Source: a virus
Taxonomy: Duplodnaviria; Caudoviricetes
Strand: one strand, 5' to 3'
Virus record (IMG/VR): IMGVR_UViG_3300044703_000081
Coordinates: 1-61,899 of that record
DNA length: 61,899 nt
The stretch's first letter is position 1, and each line of letters begins with the position of its first letter. Positions 45,778-55,788 of this stretch are shown here, in pieces. The notes under the pieces are model-generated. The model searched no databases. It was given only the letters and a program-made list of their open reading frames with translations, and was not told the DNA's origin. The position numbers and the translations under genes were made by a program.

Positions 45778-48437
45778 GAGGCCTCCGCGTCGTCGACCAC
45801 CGCGGGTGCATCGTCCGCCTCGTCCGCGGCCAGGAGATCGAATAGCGTCGGCACCGCGACGCCGCGCTCGGCCGCCTCGCAGTTGCGCACGCCGTCGGCG
45901 AAATAGTCGGCGTTAAGCTCGCAGCCGACGCCGCGGCGGCCGAGCTTCACCGCCACATAGGGCACCGTCATCAGTCCGCCGAACGGATCGAACACGCTCT
46001 CGCCCGGCATCGAGTGCAGGCGGATGGCGCGCTCGGCGATGTCGAGCGGCAGCGGGCACAGATGCGCGGCCCGGTTCTGCAGCCGCTGCTCCAGATTGAG
46101 CGTCCGCATGCGCGCGATCGACCACACGTCGGGATGCTCGACATGCGCCGGGATCACCGCGAATTCCGGTTTCAGCTTGCCGCGCGCGTCGAGCGCCTCG
46201 CCCACCGCGACGTGGTGCGCATAGTCGTAGGGCTGCGTCAGGCACTGCTCGCGCCAGGCCCGCCACACGCCGCGCACCGGCAGCAGCGCGAACTCCGCCG
46301 GCGTCAGCAATCGGTTGCCGTTCGATCGCTGCAGGCCGGCGGCGTCGATCTGCCAGGCCGCGCGCGAATAGGCGAGCCGGGAATCGTCGGCCGCCGCTTC
46401 CTCATCCGTGCGCGGATCGGTGACGCGCCAGCATTTCTCGTCCTTGTCCCATTCCTTTTTCAGCTTCACCACCGGCACGTCGGCATAGCCGCGCCCGCGG
46501 TCGGTCTGCGGCTTCCGAAACAGGTGCAGGTATTCGATCAGGCCGGCGCCCATGCGGCTGCCGTCCTTGCACTGCTCGGTCCAGCCGAGCCGGTTGGTCT
46601 GCGCGTTCTCGCGCACGACGTCGGTCGGAATGAGCTTGGTTCCGAGATAGGCGAAGCCGTGCTGCTGGAAATGGAACAGCACGCGCGCCCCGAACGGCGA
46701 CACCGTCTGGAAGCCGAGCCCGGAGCGCGCGCCTTCGACGATGCGGTCCTTACAGTGGATGGCGGCGACCCGTCCGGGCGCCAGCACCCGCAGCAGTTCC
46801 GGCGTCAGGAAATCCATCTGCTGGAAGAAATGCGCGTCGTCGTCGGTATGGCCGAAGTCGTTGTAGCTCGGCGTGTAGCGGTACTGCATCGCGAACGGCA
46901 GCGAGGAGACGATGAGGTCGACGCTGTCGCTCTCCATCGCCCGGGTCTCGTCGACGCAGTCGTTGTTGGCGAGATGCCAGCGCTCGCCGCTGGCCTCGCG
47001 CCGCGTGATGCCGATCGACTGCTTGAGCGTGGCGCCGAGCGAGAGCCGGGCGAGACCGAACTCCCGCAGCATGGCCGCCATCCGCGCCGACTGCTCCTCG
47101 TAGCGCCGCCATTTGGCTTCCAGGATGCGCCGGGTCGCGCGTTCCGCCTCGGTATAGATCAGGTCGATCCGCACGCGCGGCTGTTCGCCGGCGAATTTAT
47201 GGAATCTCTGTCCGTAGCGCTGCAGCCGGTGAATGGCCTGGATGAAGTCCTTGAACTTGAAGCCGATGCCGAGAAAGATCGCCCACCACGCGTAGGCCTG
47301 ATAGTTGCCGCCCGAGCCGATCATCACCGGCTTGCCGGCGAGCTCCTGGATGCGGCCGTCGGCGAAGCCGATCAGCGATTGCTCGCGTTCTTCCAGATCC
47401 TGCGCGCCGTAGACGGTGACGGCCGAAGGCACCGCCTTCTCGATCGCGCGCCGTTCGTCCTCCAGGTCGTGCCAGATCAGCCGGTGCGCGTCCGGCTGCT
47501 CGGCCCGCAGCGCCAGCAGCTTCTCGATCCGCGCCGGGATCGACGCGCGCTTCTCGGTCGCGGCTTCGCTGACGCCGATCGCCGCCGAGTTGATCAGCCG
47601 GTACTGGCCGTTCGGCTCGGCGCCGGCGCGGCGATGATCGGTCGCCACCTCGTGCCAGCGGATATCGAGCGCCGGCAGCAGGTAGCCGTCGTCGGAGAAC
47701 GACGGGTCGATGTCCGACGGCACCTGGATGAACAGCGCCCATGACGCCACCCACCGCCAGAACTCCTCCTCCTTGTGCGGATGGATGGTGAGCTTGTCGG
47801 CGTGCTCGGAATCGCGCTTGAAGAAGCGCGTGCGCGCCTGCCCGATATCCATGATGTCGAGATAGGAGGCATAGGCCAGGAGCTCGGTGTAGTCGTTGGG
47901 ATCGGGCGTCGCCGTCGCGACGAAGCGGTACTTCACCTGCTTGACGTTGCGCACGAAGGCCCAGAACGTCTTGGTCGAGAGGTTGCGCAGGATGTCGCCT
48001 TCGTCGAACGACGTGGCGGTGAAGCGGCGCGGGTCGATCTTGCCTTCGCGGATCGACTCGACATTGGTCAGGTTGATCGCGCCGGCATCGAGCTCGCGGT
48101 CCTCGCGCATGAAGTTGAGCCGCACGCCGTAGCGTCCGGTGAAGAATTCGCGGGCGTCGTTGAAGAACGACAGCCGCGCCCCGAGCGGCAGCGTGATCAG
48201 CGTCGGCCCGCCGGTATGGGCCGCAAAGAGCCGCATCAATTCGAGATGCGCCGTGGTCTTTTGCGTGCCGAAGCGCGAGAACAAAGCCCGCCGCCCGCCG
48301 GCCGCCATCCACTGCACCGCCACCTGGATGTGCGGTTTCAGCACCGGGTTGATGTCGGCCGGATCGACCTCGAATCCCGCCGGCGCCGCCAGCTTGATCT
48401 TGGCCTCGAGGAATTCCCGGTAGGCGGGCGCGTTCAT
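45774..48437 (-). CDS. SNF2-like helicase fused to N4/N6 DNA methyltransferase
   Basis: TATP.PND, QAIHR..RYGQ; SSLPF, HLCPL, DPFGG. Confidence 0.88.
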   Translation of the reverse strand: MNAPAYREFLEAKIKLAAPAGFEVDPADINPVLKPHIQVAVQWMAAGGRRALFSRFGTQKTTAHLELMRLFAAHTGGPTLITLPLGARLSFFNDAREFFTGRYGVRLNFMREDRELDAGAINLTNVESIREGKIDPRRFTATSFDEGDILRNLSTKTFWAFVRNVKQVKYRFVATATPDPNDYTELLAYASYLDIMDIGQARTRFFKRDSEHADKLTIHPHKEEEFWRWVASWALFIQVPSDIDPSFSDDGYLLPALDIRWHEVATDHRRAGAEPNGQYRLINSAAIGVSEAATEKRASIPARIEKLLALRAEQPDAHRLIWHDLEDERRAIEKAVPSAVTVYGAQDLEEREQSLIGFADGRIQELAGKPVMIGSGGNYQAYAWWAIFLGIGFKFKDFIQAIHRLQRYGQRFHKFAGEQPRVRIDLIYTEAERATRRILEAKWRRYEEQSARMAAMLREFGLARLSLGATLKQSIGITRREASGERWHLANNDCVDETRAMESDSVDLIVSSLPFAMQYRYTPSYNDFGHTDDDAHFFQQMDFLTPELLRVLAPGRVAAIHCKDRIVEGARSGLGFQTVSPFGARVLFHFQQHGFAYLGTKLIPTDVVRENAQTNRLGWTEQCKDGSRMGAGLIEYLHLFRKPQTDRGRGYADVPVVKLKKEWDKDEKCWRVTDPRTDEEAAADDSRLAYSRAAWQIDAAGLQRSNGNRLLTPAEFALLPVRGVWRAWREQCLTQPYDYAHHVAVGEALDARGKLKPEFAVIPAHVEHPDVWSIARMRTLNLEQRLQNRAAHLCPLPLDIAERAIRLHSMPGESVFDPFGGLMTVPYVAVKLGRRGVGCELNADYFADGVRNCEAAERGVAVPTLFDLLAADEADDAPAVVDDAEAS

Positions 48438-48751
48438 GGCAACGGCTCGTCTTCATTGTTGCCGGCCCAGCACACCACCCACTGCTCGGCCATGCGGCCG
48501 AACACCACGAAGCAATAACCCTTGCGGTTCGGCTCCACCGTCGACTCGAACGCGGCGTCCTTATCGGCCGGAAATGTTTTGACCAACGGCGCCTGCGGTC
48601 CTCTGCCGCGAGCGTAGACGCTGATGAACCGACAGCCGCGGGATTGCGCTTCGGCCGCTCCGAGCCGGGCAAAATCCTGCATGCGTTGCGCCTGCGGGAA
48701 GCTGGCGATGAACGTCGCATCGAGCGGTGCGAATTGCGGCTGCGCGTTCAT
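48434..48751 (-). CDS. Hypothetical protein
   Basis: ATGA-coupled on both sides. Confidence 0.6.
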   Translation of the reverse strand: MNAQPQFAPLDATFIASFPQAQRMQDFARLGAAEAQSRGCRFISVYARGRGPQAPLVKTFPADKDAAFESTVEPNRKGYCFVVFGRMAEQWVVCWAGNNEDEPLP

Positions 48752-50517
48752 GGCTTGCGCCTCAAGAACGCGGGAATGTCGGTGTCATCCACCACCGGCG
48801 GCAGCGTGTTGAGCGCCGCCGCGTCGATCTCGACGCCGTCAATCACCAGCGGATGCGGCAGGTCATCGCCACCGCACGAAGGGGTATTCATTCCGGATAC
48901 CCCTTCACCACCGGGCGGCGCCGCCGGCTCATCGACCACCACGCCGTCGGCATCGTGCGCGAGCCGATCGGCGTCAGTCGGCAGCGCGAACGGCAGCTCG
49001 TCGCTCCAGGTCACCCAGCCCGGCCGCTCGCGGCGCGCGAACAGTTCGAGATAAGGCCCGCTCACAAGCCGCTCGATGCGGTCGTGGATGTCGGGCTTGC
49101 GCGAGTGCTCCATCACCGGCGCGATCACCAGCTGCCGCACGTCGGCATTGAGCCGCGTCGGCGCGCCGCGCGTCGCCAGCCAGCAGGCTTCCGGGTTGGC
49201 GCGCGTCCAGTAGCCCGGCCCCATGAAGAAACTGGTCTCCAGGTCGCCGACGTCGATCTCACCGGAGGCGTTGAGCTTGATCCAGGTGAACGCCGTGGTC
49301 TTTTGGGTGAAGCCGAAGGCCTTGAGCACCTCGAGCGCGAGCTCCACGCCCCAATCGACCATCCACATCAGCAGCGTGGTGTCGGCATCGCACAGCGCCG
49401 CGATCGGCAGCGCCTTGATGGCGTCGAGCGTCATGGTGCGGTAGTGCATCGAAGCCGAGCGGTCCTCGCCGGCCGGCGAGCGGGTGAGGAACTTCCACGG
49501 CGGATCGGCCAAGATGGTCCTGGCCTTGAAGCCCGAGGCGGCGAGCGCGTGCAGATCGTCGACGGTGCCGCCCTTGAAGGACTGCGGCAGCACCACGCGC
49601 GCCCGCTTGGCCTCGACCCGGGCGGCACGGATTTGTTTCACCTCTTGCAGAAGCGGCCGCTGCGCCTTGGCGATGAGGCGGTCCTGCTGCTTGGCCGGCA
49701 GGTCGGCGATCACCGCGGCCGTCGCCGCCGCCACGTCGCCGCGGATCACCGCGGCCTTGAGCGCCGGCGATCCCTTCTCCTCCACCGTGTCGGCATATTG
49801 CTGCAGCCGTCGGCTGACCTGTGCCGCCGCCGCCTTCTGCTCCTGGGAGGGTGCGCAATTTTGCGCACCCTCACCACCGGCCCCACCGGCCATGGTGTGC
49901 TGGTTGATGCCCACCGCCAGCTTGCCGCGGGCCGCGGCGTACATCGCCCGCTGGCTCGGGGTGAGCTGCCGCCGCTCGTAATTCATCGAATGCACGAAGG
50001 CGAAGGCCGCCGCCTCGTCGCCGGAAAAATCGGTGAACGGCACCACCGCGCCGGTGACGTCGGCGGCGCGCAGCCGGTTGCGGCCGTCGAGCGTGCGTCC
50101 CTCGAACAGCACCACCGGCATGTTGATGCCGTTGGCCTTGATATCGGCGCAGAACTCGTCGAACGCCGCGCCTTCCAAGAGCGGCAGCAACTCGGCGAAC
50201 GGATGCGGCAACAGCATGCCGGCCTCGCCGTTGGCCAATTCGATCAGCACGTCGCCGTGGCACGGCCGCCCCACCGAGCAGCCGCAGCCGAGATCGCGAT
50301 AGCGCAGCCGGAACAGGTTGGCGCGGATGAAGTCGCCCTTACGGCTGTCGCGGTTGCGGATCATGTCGCGGTAGAGCGCGAGGTTTTCTTCCGGCGAGCC
50401 CTTGTCGTAGGGATTGTCCCAGTTGGTGCCGGCGCCGGCCCACACCAGCGACACGCCGGGCGGCTGGCTGTTGGCCTGCCCGCGCGTGCACTGGATGCGT
50501 TGCGGGGTCAGCGTCAT
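48748..50517 (-). CDS. DUF4326 + ParB-like + MT-A70 adenine methyltransferase fusion
   Basis: WDNPY...DLGC.C....CHGDVL; HPFA..LP...LDGRNR..A...N..RR.LT..QRA; ADPPW...HSRKP...LELFAR. Confidence 0.85.
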   Translation of the reverse strand: MTLTPQRIQCTRGQANSQPPGVSLVWAGAGTNWDNPYDKGSPEENLALYRDMIRNRDSRKGDFIRANLFRLRYRDLGCGCSVGRPCHGDVLIELANGEAGMLLPHPFAELLPLLEGAAFDEFCADIKANGINMPVVLFEGRTLDGRNRLRAADVTGAVVPFTDFSGDEAAAFAFVHSMNYERRQLTPSQRAMYAAARGKLAVGINQHTMAGGAGGEGAQNCAPSQEQKAAAAQVSRRLQQYADTVEEKGSPALKAAVIRGDVAAATAAVIADLPAKQQDRLIAKAQRPLLQEVKQIRAARVEAKRARVVLPQSFKGGTVDDLHALAASGFKARTILADPPWKFLTRSPAGEDRSASMHYRTMTLDAIKALPIAALCDADTTLLMWMVDWGVELALEVLKAFGFTQKTTAFTWIKLNASGEIDVGDLETSFFMGPGYWTRANPEACWLATRGAPTRLNADVRQLVIAPVMEHSRKPDIHDRIERLVSGPYLELFARRERPGWVTWSDELPFALPTDADRLAHDADGVVVDEPAAPPGGEGVSGMNTPSCGGDDLPHPLVIDGVEIDAAALNTLPPVVDDTDIPAFLRRKP

Positions 50518-50702
50518 TGCGGACGGCCCCGTTGCAACGCTGGAGTCACGCCACTGCCGCCGCACGCGGGGCATTGCTCGGGACCCAAGACTTCCGTCAC
50601 TGATCCGGTGACAACCTCTCCCGGAACGATCGGGTCGATCGCGATGAGGCACTGACGAATGAACCCATTGCCGTGACAGCGCTCGCAGGTCTTGAGCGTC
50701 AT
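50514..50702 (-). CDS. Small zinc-finger protein
   Basis: CERCHGNG and CPACGGSG. Confidence 0.7.
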   Translation of the reverse strand: MTLKTCERCHGNGFIRQCLIAIDPIVPGEVVTGSVTEVLGPEQCPACGGSGVTPALQRGRPQ

Positions 50703-51073
50703 GCCGCCTTCCGCGTCGCGACGTTCGCCGTCTTCCAATCCGGGAATGGAATTTCCGCCATGCGGTCCCACCACCGCCGACGCCAGCGGCGAAAACCTTG
50801 CACCGCATGCGGCAAGGTCACGGCGACCGCGTCACCGCCGCGCACGATCCGCCAGTCATAGGGATCGCCTTCGACCGCGAGCACCGGCGCGTAGCCGCGC
50901 AGCCGTTCGTGCGCCACGATGTAGAGCCGCTCGCCCGGCTCGATCGACGGCCGCGCCTTCGATTGGAAACCGAAGTCCCAATGCTGCCCGGACCACGGCT
51001 CGCCGGCGGCGTCGCCCTCGGCGATCCACTCCGGCCAGAACCATTTCGGCACGGTGACGACGAGATCGGTCAT
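50699..51073 (-). CDS. Hypothetical phage protein (possibly PUA-like)
   Basis: WIAEGDAAGEP...GERLYIV...RLRGY...GFR. Confidence 0.7.
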   Translation of the reverse strand: MTDLVVTVPKWFWPEWIAEGDAAGEPWSGQHWDFGFQSKARPSIEPGERLYIVAHERLRGYAPVLAVEGDPYDWRIVRGGDAVAVTLPHAVQGFRRWRRRWWDRMAEIPFPDWKTANVATRKAA

Positions 51074-51264
51074 TGCTGCCCTCGCGCCGACAATTCCTCG
51101 AACTTTCGATACTCGTCGCTGTCGAGCCGCAGCTTGGTGAAGAACGCGCGCTCGAAATCCGGCGGACACTTTCCCCTCGCCATGATCTCGAACACGCGCC
51201 GCAGGTGCTTCGGCGCCCACTTGGCCGCACCACCGCAGTCCTCGCAGATGAATTTCACCGTCAC
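51070..51264 (-). CDS. Hypothetical protein
   Basis: GTGA-coupled; CEDC. Confidence 0.5.
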   Translation of the reverse strand: MTVKFICEDCGGAAKWAPKHLRRVFEIMARGKCPPDFERAFFTKLRLDSDEYRKFEELSARGQQ

Positions 51265-51722
51265 GGCCGCCACCCCATGATGGTCTCGATGCGCGGCAGC
51301 CACATCGTCAGCGTGCCGTGAAAGCCGCCGTCGCGGTTCGGCTTGAACCATCCCAGCAACTGGTCGAAGTCGACAAAGCCGTCGGCGCGCGCGAAGTCGT
51401 CGAGTTGCCGCGGATGCCAGAGCCGCAACTCACCGTCGATCGTGCGCGTCTCGCGCGGCCACGCCGCCATCACCGAGCAGAGCGGCCCGCCGTGATAGCG
51501 CTCGTTGCGCTTGTCCTGGATCGAGATGCACGCCGCCACCGTGCAGAACGGGTCGGGCTCGACCAGCTTGCGCGCGCCCGGCCGCCGCAGGCCTTCATAG
51601 AGCTGCAGCAGGTCGTCTGTTTCGGGATCGCGCCCATCCTTGCGGTAGGCGCGGATGGTCTGCGTCTTGACCAGGTTGCGCACCTTGGGCGCCATCACCG
51701 GCGAGAAACCGAGCAGCGTCAT
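51261..51722 (-). CDS. ASCH-domain protein
   Basis: F......K.QTIR...LQLY.G.R...FARADGF. Confidence 0.78.
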   Translation of the reverse strand: MTLLGFSPVMAPKVRNLVKTQTIRAYRKDGRDPETDDLLQLYEGLRRPGARKLVEPDPFCTVAACISIQDKRNERYHGGPLCSVMAAWPRETRTIDGELRLWHPRQLDDFARADGFVDFDQLLGWFKPNRDGGFHGTLTMWLPRIETIMGWRP

Positions 51723-52021
51723 CGCGGCACCTCCGGCACCTTGACGGGCTCGAGCCCGGCGAGGTCGGCGATCTGGCGAACGAAGTCCTCGCGGTCGAAA
51801 TCGTCGGCGAAGTAGAGGATCAGCGGCCGCGACGCCGCCAGCCCCGGCACCCGCCGGCCGGCATCGGCACCACCGGCGACCGCCGCTTCGAACCCGGCGC
51901 GCTCTCCCTCCGCGATCGCTGTGTTGACGGCCTCGACCAGCAGCGCGTACTTGTTCGCCACTTCATCATTTTTGTTGGTGATGAAGTCGCGCACGATCTT
52001 TGCGCCCTTGCTCGCGCTCAT
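51719..52021 (-). CDS. Hypothetical protein
   Basis: Coupled ORF. Confidence 0.6.
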   Translation of the reverse strand: MSASKGAKIVRDFITNKNDEVANKYALLVEAVNTAIAEGERAGFEAAVAGGADAGRRVPGLAASRPLILYFADDFDREDFVRQIADLAGLEPVKVPEVPR

Positions 52022-53121
52022 GACCGCACCACCGGGAAGCCGTCGTGCACGACGCCGTCGAGCATTGCGCGCCCGGCTTTTTTCTTTTTGATGCGCACCA
52101 CGTATTGACCGCCGACGTAATCGTGCACGTGCGTCCAGCTTTCCTGCGGCACCTGATCCGGCGGCGCCCACGCGCCCCACTGCTTGAAGAAGAACGGAAT
52201 GCCCGCGTCGGCACATTGATCGCGCAGCGTGCGCGGCAGATCAGGGTGCATGATCCTGGCGCGCGGGCCGCTCTCACCACCGGCGATCACGCCATCGAGG
52301 CCCGGCAGATACTTCTCCGCCGGATTGGCGTGGTCAGGATCATCATGCCATCGCGTGCCGCGCAGGGAGTCGAAGAAGTAGTGACCGTTGCAGTGGTTAG
52401 TGAGATCAATCGGCTCCAGCAGCGGCTCGGCCGACACGATGCGCAGCGTCGCCTTGGTGCGCAGCAGGATCGGAACGAACTCGTCCGCTTCCGGCTGGTC
52501 GGAAACCGAGGTGCCTTCGATCACGTTCGGCAGCGGCCACGCCGTCAGGGTGTTCCGGTACAGCCGCTCGCCTGGCTGGCCATGATCAGCCCCTTGCACG
52601 TAACCGCGCGTATCGGCCCTTTGCAGGGTCATCGCGCCGATGATTGAGACGCCTTCGTTCGCGATCCGCTTCGGCGTCTCCGGATCGTCGAGATATTGCC
52701 GCCGCCGCGCCGGCCGCTTGCTCAAGTTGATGTAGATGTGCTGCGGCGTCAGCGCCATCACCGCATAGAGCTGGTCGACGAAGTTGCGCGGCCACCAATC
52801 GCCGAACGCGTCGCTCATCGATTCCACGAAGATCCGAGTCGGCTTCCGGCGCTTGAGCGGCGCCAACAGCTTGTCGCGGTCGATGACGAACCGGTAGTCC
52901 TTGCGGTGCCCGGGCTTGAACGGCAGCCCGCCGAGCCGCGCATTGGTGCGGTCGGCGTAGCACCACCGGCAGGCCTCGTTGACGTGCTCGCAGTGATGCG
53001 CCGAGACCGTGACGCGCGCGCCCTTGCGGACGATCTCGCGCTCCGCCCGCAGCGCGTTCCATGACAGCCCGGCGCTGCCGTCGGCGCCGCGCACCCACTC
53101 GATCGAGGTCGAGGTTGCCAT
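52018..53121 (-). CDS. Gp37/Gp68 (DUF5131) family protein
   Basis: TSIEW, C......C..CYA, FV.SMSD.F, SAEPLL, GGESG, FFFKQWG. Confidence 0.92.
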   Translation of the reverse strand: MATSTSIEWVRGADGSAGLSWNALRAEREIVRKGARVTVSAHHCEHVNEACRWCYADRTNARLGGLPFKPGHRKDYRFVIDRDKLLAPLKRRKPTRIFVESMSDAFGDWWPRNFVDQLYAVMALTPQHIYINLSKRPARRRQYLDDPETPKRIANEGVSIIGAMTLQRADTRGYVQGADHGQPGERLYRNTLTAWPLPNVIEGTSVSDQPEADEFVPILLRTKATLRIVSAEPLLEPIDLTNHCNGHYFFDSLRGTRWHDDPDHANPAEKYLPGLDGVIAGGESGPRARIMHPDLPRTLRDQCADAGIPFFFKQWGAWAPPDQVPQESWTHVHDYVGGQYVVRIKKKKAGRAMLDGVVHDGFPVVRS

Positions 53122-53309
53122 CAGCGTTCCTCCCGCAGGCCGAGCGCGCGCACCGCCGCCGCGTTGACGAACTGGTGCGGCTTCACTTCGATCATCAGCG
53201 CGTCGTCGGTGCTGCGGATGTAGCGGCCGCCCGCGAGCCACGGGCCATGCAGGTCCCATGTCTCGCCGTCAGTGGTGTGCATCACGTCGACCGGCTGCTG
53301 GTGCGCCAT
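53121..53309 (-). CDS. Hypothetical protein
   Basis: Coupled ORF. Confidence 0.5.
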   Translation of the reverse strand: MAHQQPVDVMHTTDGETWDLHGPWLAGGRYIRSTDDALMIEVKPHQFVNAAAVRALGLREER

Positions 53310-53959
53310 CACAGCCCGCCTTTCAGTGCGCGCACCGCCGGCGAGCGGCAGGCCGGCAGCCACCACTCGCAGGCGCCGCGGAACATATTTTCAGCGGCCT
53401 CGATCGAGCGCGGCACGATCGCGTCCGCCATCGGCGCGCCCTCCTCGTCATCGACCGACCACCGCAGCGAACTCGGCCGCATCAGGTCGCGCTTCTCGGT
53501 TTTGAGCAGCACGCGGTCGGCGTGCTTGATGGCGCGCTGGATCTCCAACGGCACCGGATACGGCAGTCCGGCGGCTTCGTGGATCGCGGCATCGATGCGC
53601 CGGCGCTGGATCGACAGGCTCGCGCCCACCGCTTGCGCGACGTCGATGCCGAATTCCTGCTCGGCGATTCTTTCCAACGCCAGCCGCTTCGGCGTGATGT
53701 CATCGCCGAGCGCAAATTCGTGGCCGTCGTGGATCAGCGCGTAGCCGGGCGCCAGCGGACCGAGCGCGCGGGCTTCCTTCTCCACCACCATGCCGACATA
53801 CACCGAGTGATCGGCCACGACGTAGAAGAGGTCCGGCGCCGCGTTGAAGCGCGGAATGCGCGCCAGGTGCCAGGCCAGATCGGCGAAGTCGACATCCTCG
53901 GCGCGCGGATATTCGAGGTCGAAGATTTTGCCGGAATGCGTTTGGAACCAGGTCGTCAT
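53309..53959 (-). CDS. HD-superfamily phosphohydrolase (YfdR/YfbR-like)
   Basis: LA..PRFN...Y.VA.HS...LIHD.HE...GD...P.K...AD...L.TE. Confidence 0.88.
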   Translation of the reverse strand: MTTWFQTHSGKIFDLEYPRAEDVDFADLAWHLARIPRFNAAPDLFYVVADHSVYVGMVVEKEARALGPLAPGYALIHDGHEFALGDDITPKRLALERIAEQEFGIDVAQAVGASLSIQRRRIDAAIHEAAGLPYPVPLEIQRAIKHADRVLLKTEKRDLMRPSSLRWSVDDEEGAPMADAIVPRSIEAAENMFRGACEWWLPACRSPAVRALKGGL

Positions 53960-54015
53960 GCGGCCTCGACGGCGGAACGGAGAGAGAGGAACAGACGAAA
54001 CGCGCGCGCCGGCGC

Positions 54016-54264
54016 TTACTTGGCCGCGGCGACCGTCGTCGGCTTGCTCTTCCGCTTCACCCGCACCCGCCGCACCCGCTTCTGCGCCGCCACCACCGCG
54101 GCCTCGCCGAATTGCTGCCGGCTATGGCTGCCTTCGGGATTGATCCACTCGATCTGGTACAGGTTCTCGTGTTGGCTGTGCTCGGCGCGGCCGGTGATGG
54201 TGCCGCTCACGCTGAGTCCCGGCACGGTGACGGTAGCGCCGCGGGCGAAGGCATATTTCTTCAT
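54016..54264 (-). CDS. Small basic hypothetical protein
   Basis: GAGG RBS; G.ITGRAE......Y. Confidence 0.7.
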   Translation of the reverse strand: MKKYAFARGATVTVPGLSVSGTITGRAEHSQHENLYQIEWINPEGSHSRQQFGEAAVVAAQKRVRRVRVKRKSKPTTVAAAK

Positions 54265-54331
54265 GGGGTTGCCTCGTGGGTTTCTTGTTGACGATGACGC
54301 GACGCAACCGACAGGACAGACCACCGCCGCC

Positions 54332-54610
54332 TCATGACGCACTACCGGCAACGGCGGATGCGGCATCGGCGCTGCCACCGCGCCGCGGTGCAGTGAGGGT
54401 CAGCAGCTCGAAGGTGATGCCGGCAAAGCCGCGGCGCGCGGCATGCGAGACCACCGCCGGGCGGTAGTCGTCGCCGATCGAATTGCGCCGGCGCATCTGT
54501 TTGGCCGCGTCGTAGGAAACACCGATGTCCTGGGCGAAATCGGACAGTGTCGCCCACCGGTCGATGACGTCGCGATGGCTGAGGAGGGGCTTGGCCGGCG
54601 AATCATTCAT
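54332..54610 (-). CDS. Cro-like repressor
   Basis: VIDRW....FA.DIGVSY..AKQM.RRNSI; divergent from cI. Confidence 0.85.
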   Translation of the reverse strand: MNDSPAKPLLSHRDVIDRWATLSDFAQDIGVSYDAAKQMRRRNSIGDDYRPAVVSHAARRGFAGITFELLTLTAPRRGGSADAASAVAGSAS

Positions 54611-54611
54611 G

Positions 54612-54692
54612 CTATGATCGGTACATTATGTACCAGTCAACCGCAACCGTGCCGGGACTACTTGTACCCAGGCTGGCGGTACAGATCGTCCC
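54612..54692. promoter_or_regulatory. Cro promoter and three operators (54620-54634, 54654-54668, 54678-54692)
   Basis: GGTACATTATGTACC, GGGACTACTTGTACC, GGTACAGATCGTCCC; TTGACT on the minus strand. Confidence 0.85.
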
Positions 54693-54693
54693 T

Positions 54694-55290
54694 ATGGACG
54701 ATTTTGTGGACCGATTGTCGTGGCTGTTTCGCGACGAAAAATTCGCCAGCAAGCGCGCGGCCGCCGACGCCTACGGCATCGGCTACGAAACCTATAAGAA
54801 GGTCGCCGGCGGACGCGAGGCGCGCGGGCTCACCAAGGAGCACGCCGAGAAGATCGCGCGCTACCACCGCGTCTCGGCCGGCTGGCTGATGTTCGGCGAA
54901 GGCACGCCGGAAGGCGAGTTCTCGGTGCCGCTACGCGGCTATATCGGCGCCGGCCAGGAGATGATTCCGTTCGACGATGCCGATGATGGCCGCCGCACTG
55001 ACGCGCTGCTCGCCGGGCCCGAGGTGAGCGCGTTCGAGGTGCGCGGCGATTCCATGTTCCCGGTCGCGCGCGACAAGGACATCGCCTTCTTCGGCCCGCC
55101 GCGCCGCGACGTGCGCCGCATGGTCGGGCAGGAATGCGCGGTGCTGCTCGAAGATGGCCGCCGGTTCTTCAAGGTGCTGGAAGCCGGCGAGCACTCAGGC
55201 ATCTATGATCTGCACTCCTACAACGCCGAGCCGATCCGCGGCGTCGAAGTGCACGAGGCCGGCCGGTTCTTGGGCGTGCGGCGGCGATAG
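54694..55290 (+). CDS. CI-like repressor (HTH + S24 peptidase)
   Basis: WLMFGEG, GAG cleavage site, VRGDSM, FFK. Confidence 0.92.
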   Translation: MDDFVDRLSWLFRDEKFASKRAAADAYGIGYETYKKVAGGREARGLTKEHAEKIARYHRVSAGWLMFGEGTPEGEFSVPLRGYIGAGQEMIPFDDADDGRRTDALLAGPEVSAFEVRGDSMFPVARDKDIAFFGPPRRDVRRMVGQECAVLLEDGRRFFKVLEAGEHSGIYDLHSYNAEPIRGVEVHEAGRFLGVRRR

Positions 55291-55320
55291 CCGGCCCAAA
55301 AAGTACCGGTTTTCCACTCC

Positions 55321-55364
55321 GGTACAAAATGTCCTTGCAGGCGTTAGGTACATATTGTACCTCT
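55321..55364 (+). promoter_or_regulatory. Rightward early promoter with operators (55321-55335, 55347-55361)
   Basis: GGTACAAAATGTCCT, GGTACATATTGTACC; TTGCAG-N17-TACCTC. Confidence 0.8.
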
Positions 55365-55395
55365 AGCCTCGATGATTCCAGGTGTCGCCCCCGTT

Positions 55396-55788
55396 TCAGC
55401 GGCCGCCACCCGGCCTCAACAGGCTGGGTATCTGGTCGCCCTTTTGCCCGAAGGCCTCCTCGGCCCGGGCACACGTTCGTGCACGCGCTGCCGGCGTATC
55501 CAGCGGCATCATCGACAGGAACGCGGACTGAGTGCCGACGAGCATTTGCAACATCGTTGCAATCTGCTCGGCATCGTAGCGGTGCGACGGCCCGAGCTTC
55601 GCTTCGATGAATTTGCGCGCGGCGAGCGGATCGACCATGCGGTCACAGATGCCGGCCCACGCATAAGCTGCGGCCACCTGCGCCATCGCTGGCCGCACGC
55701 CCGGACGGTCGAGCCAATCGTCCGCCGATCGAACTGCGTCGCCAACGAGCAGCAGACCGCAAGTCATAACCACCGCGGCGACTTTCAT
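55396..55788 (-). CDS. Secreted/periplasmic protein, possible lysogenic conversion gene
   Basis: Signal peptide, two Cys in the mature part, GGAGG RBS; antisense to the early leader. Confidence 0.6.
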   Translation of the reverse strand: MKVAAVVMTCGLLLVGDAVRSADDWLDRPGVRPAMAQVAAAYAWAGICDRMVDPLAARKFIEAKLGPSHRYDAEQIATMLQMLVGTQSAFLSMMPLDTPAARARTCARAEEAFGQKGDQIPSLLRPGGGR

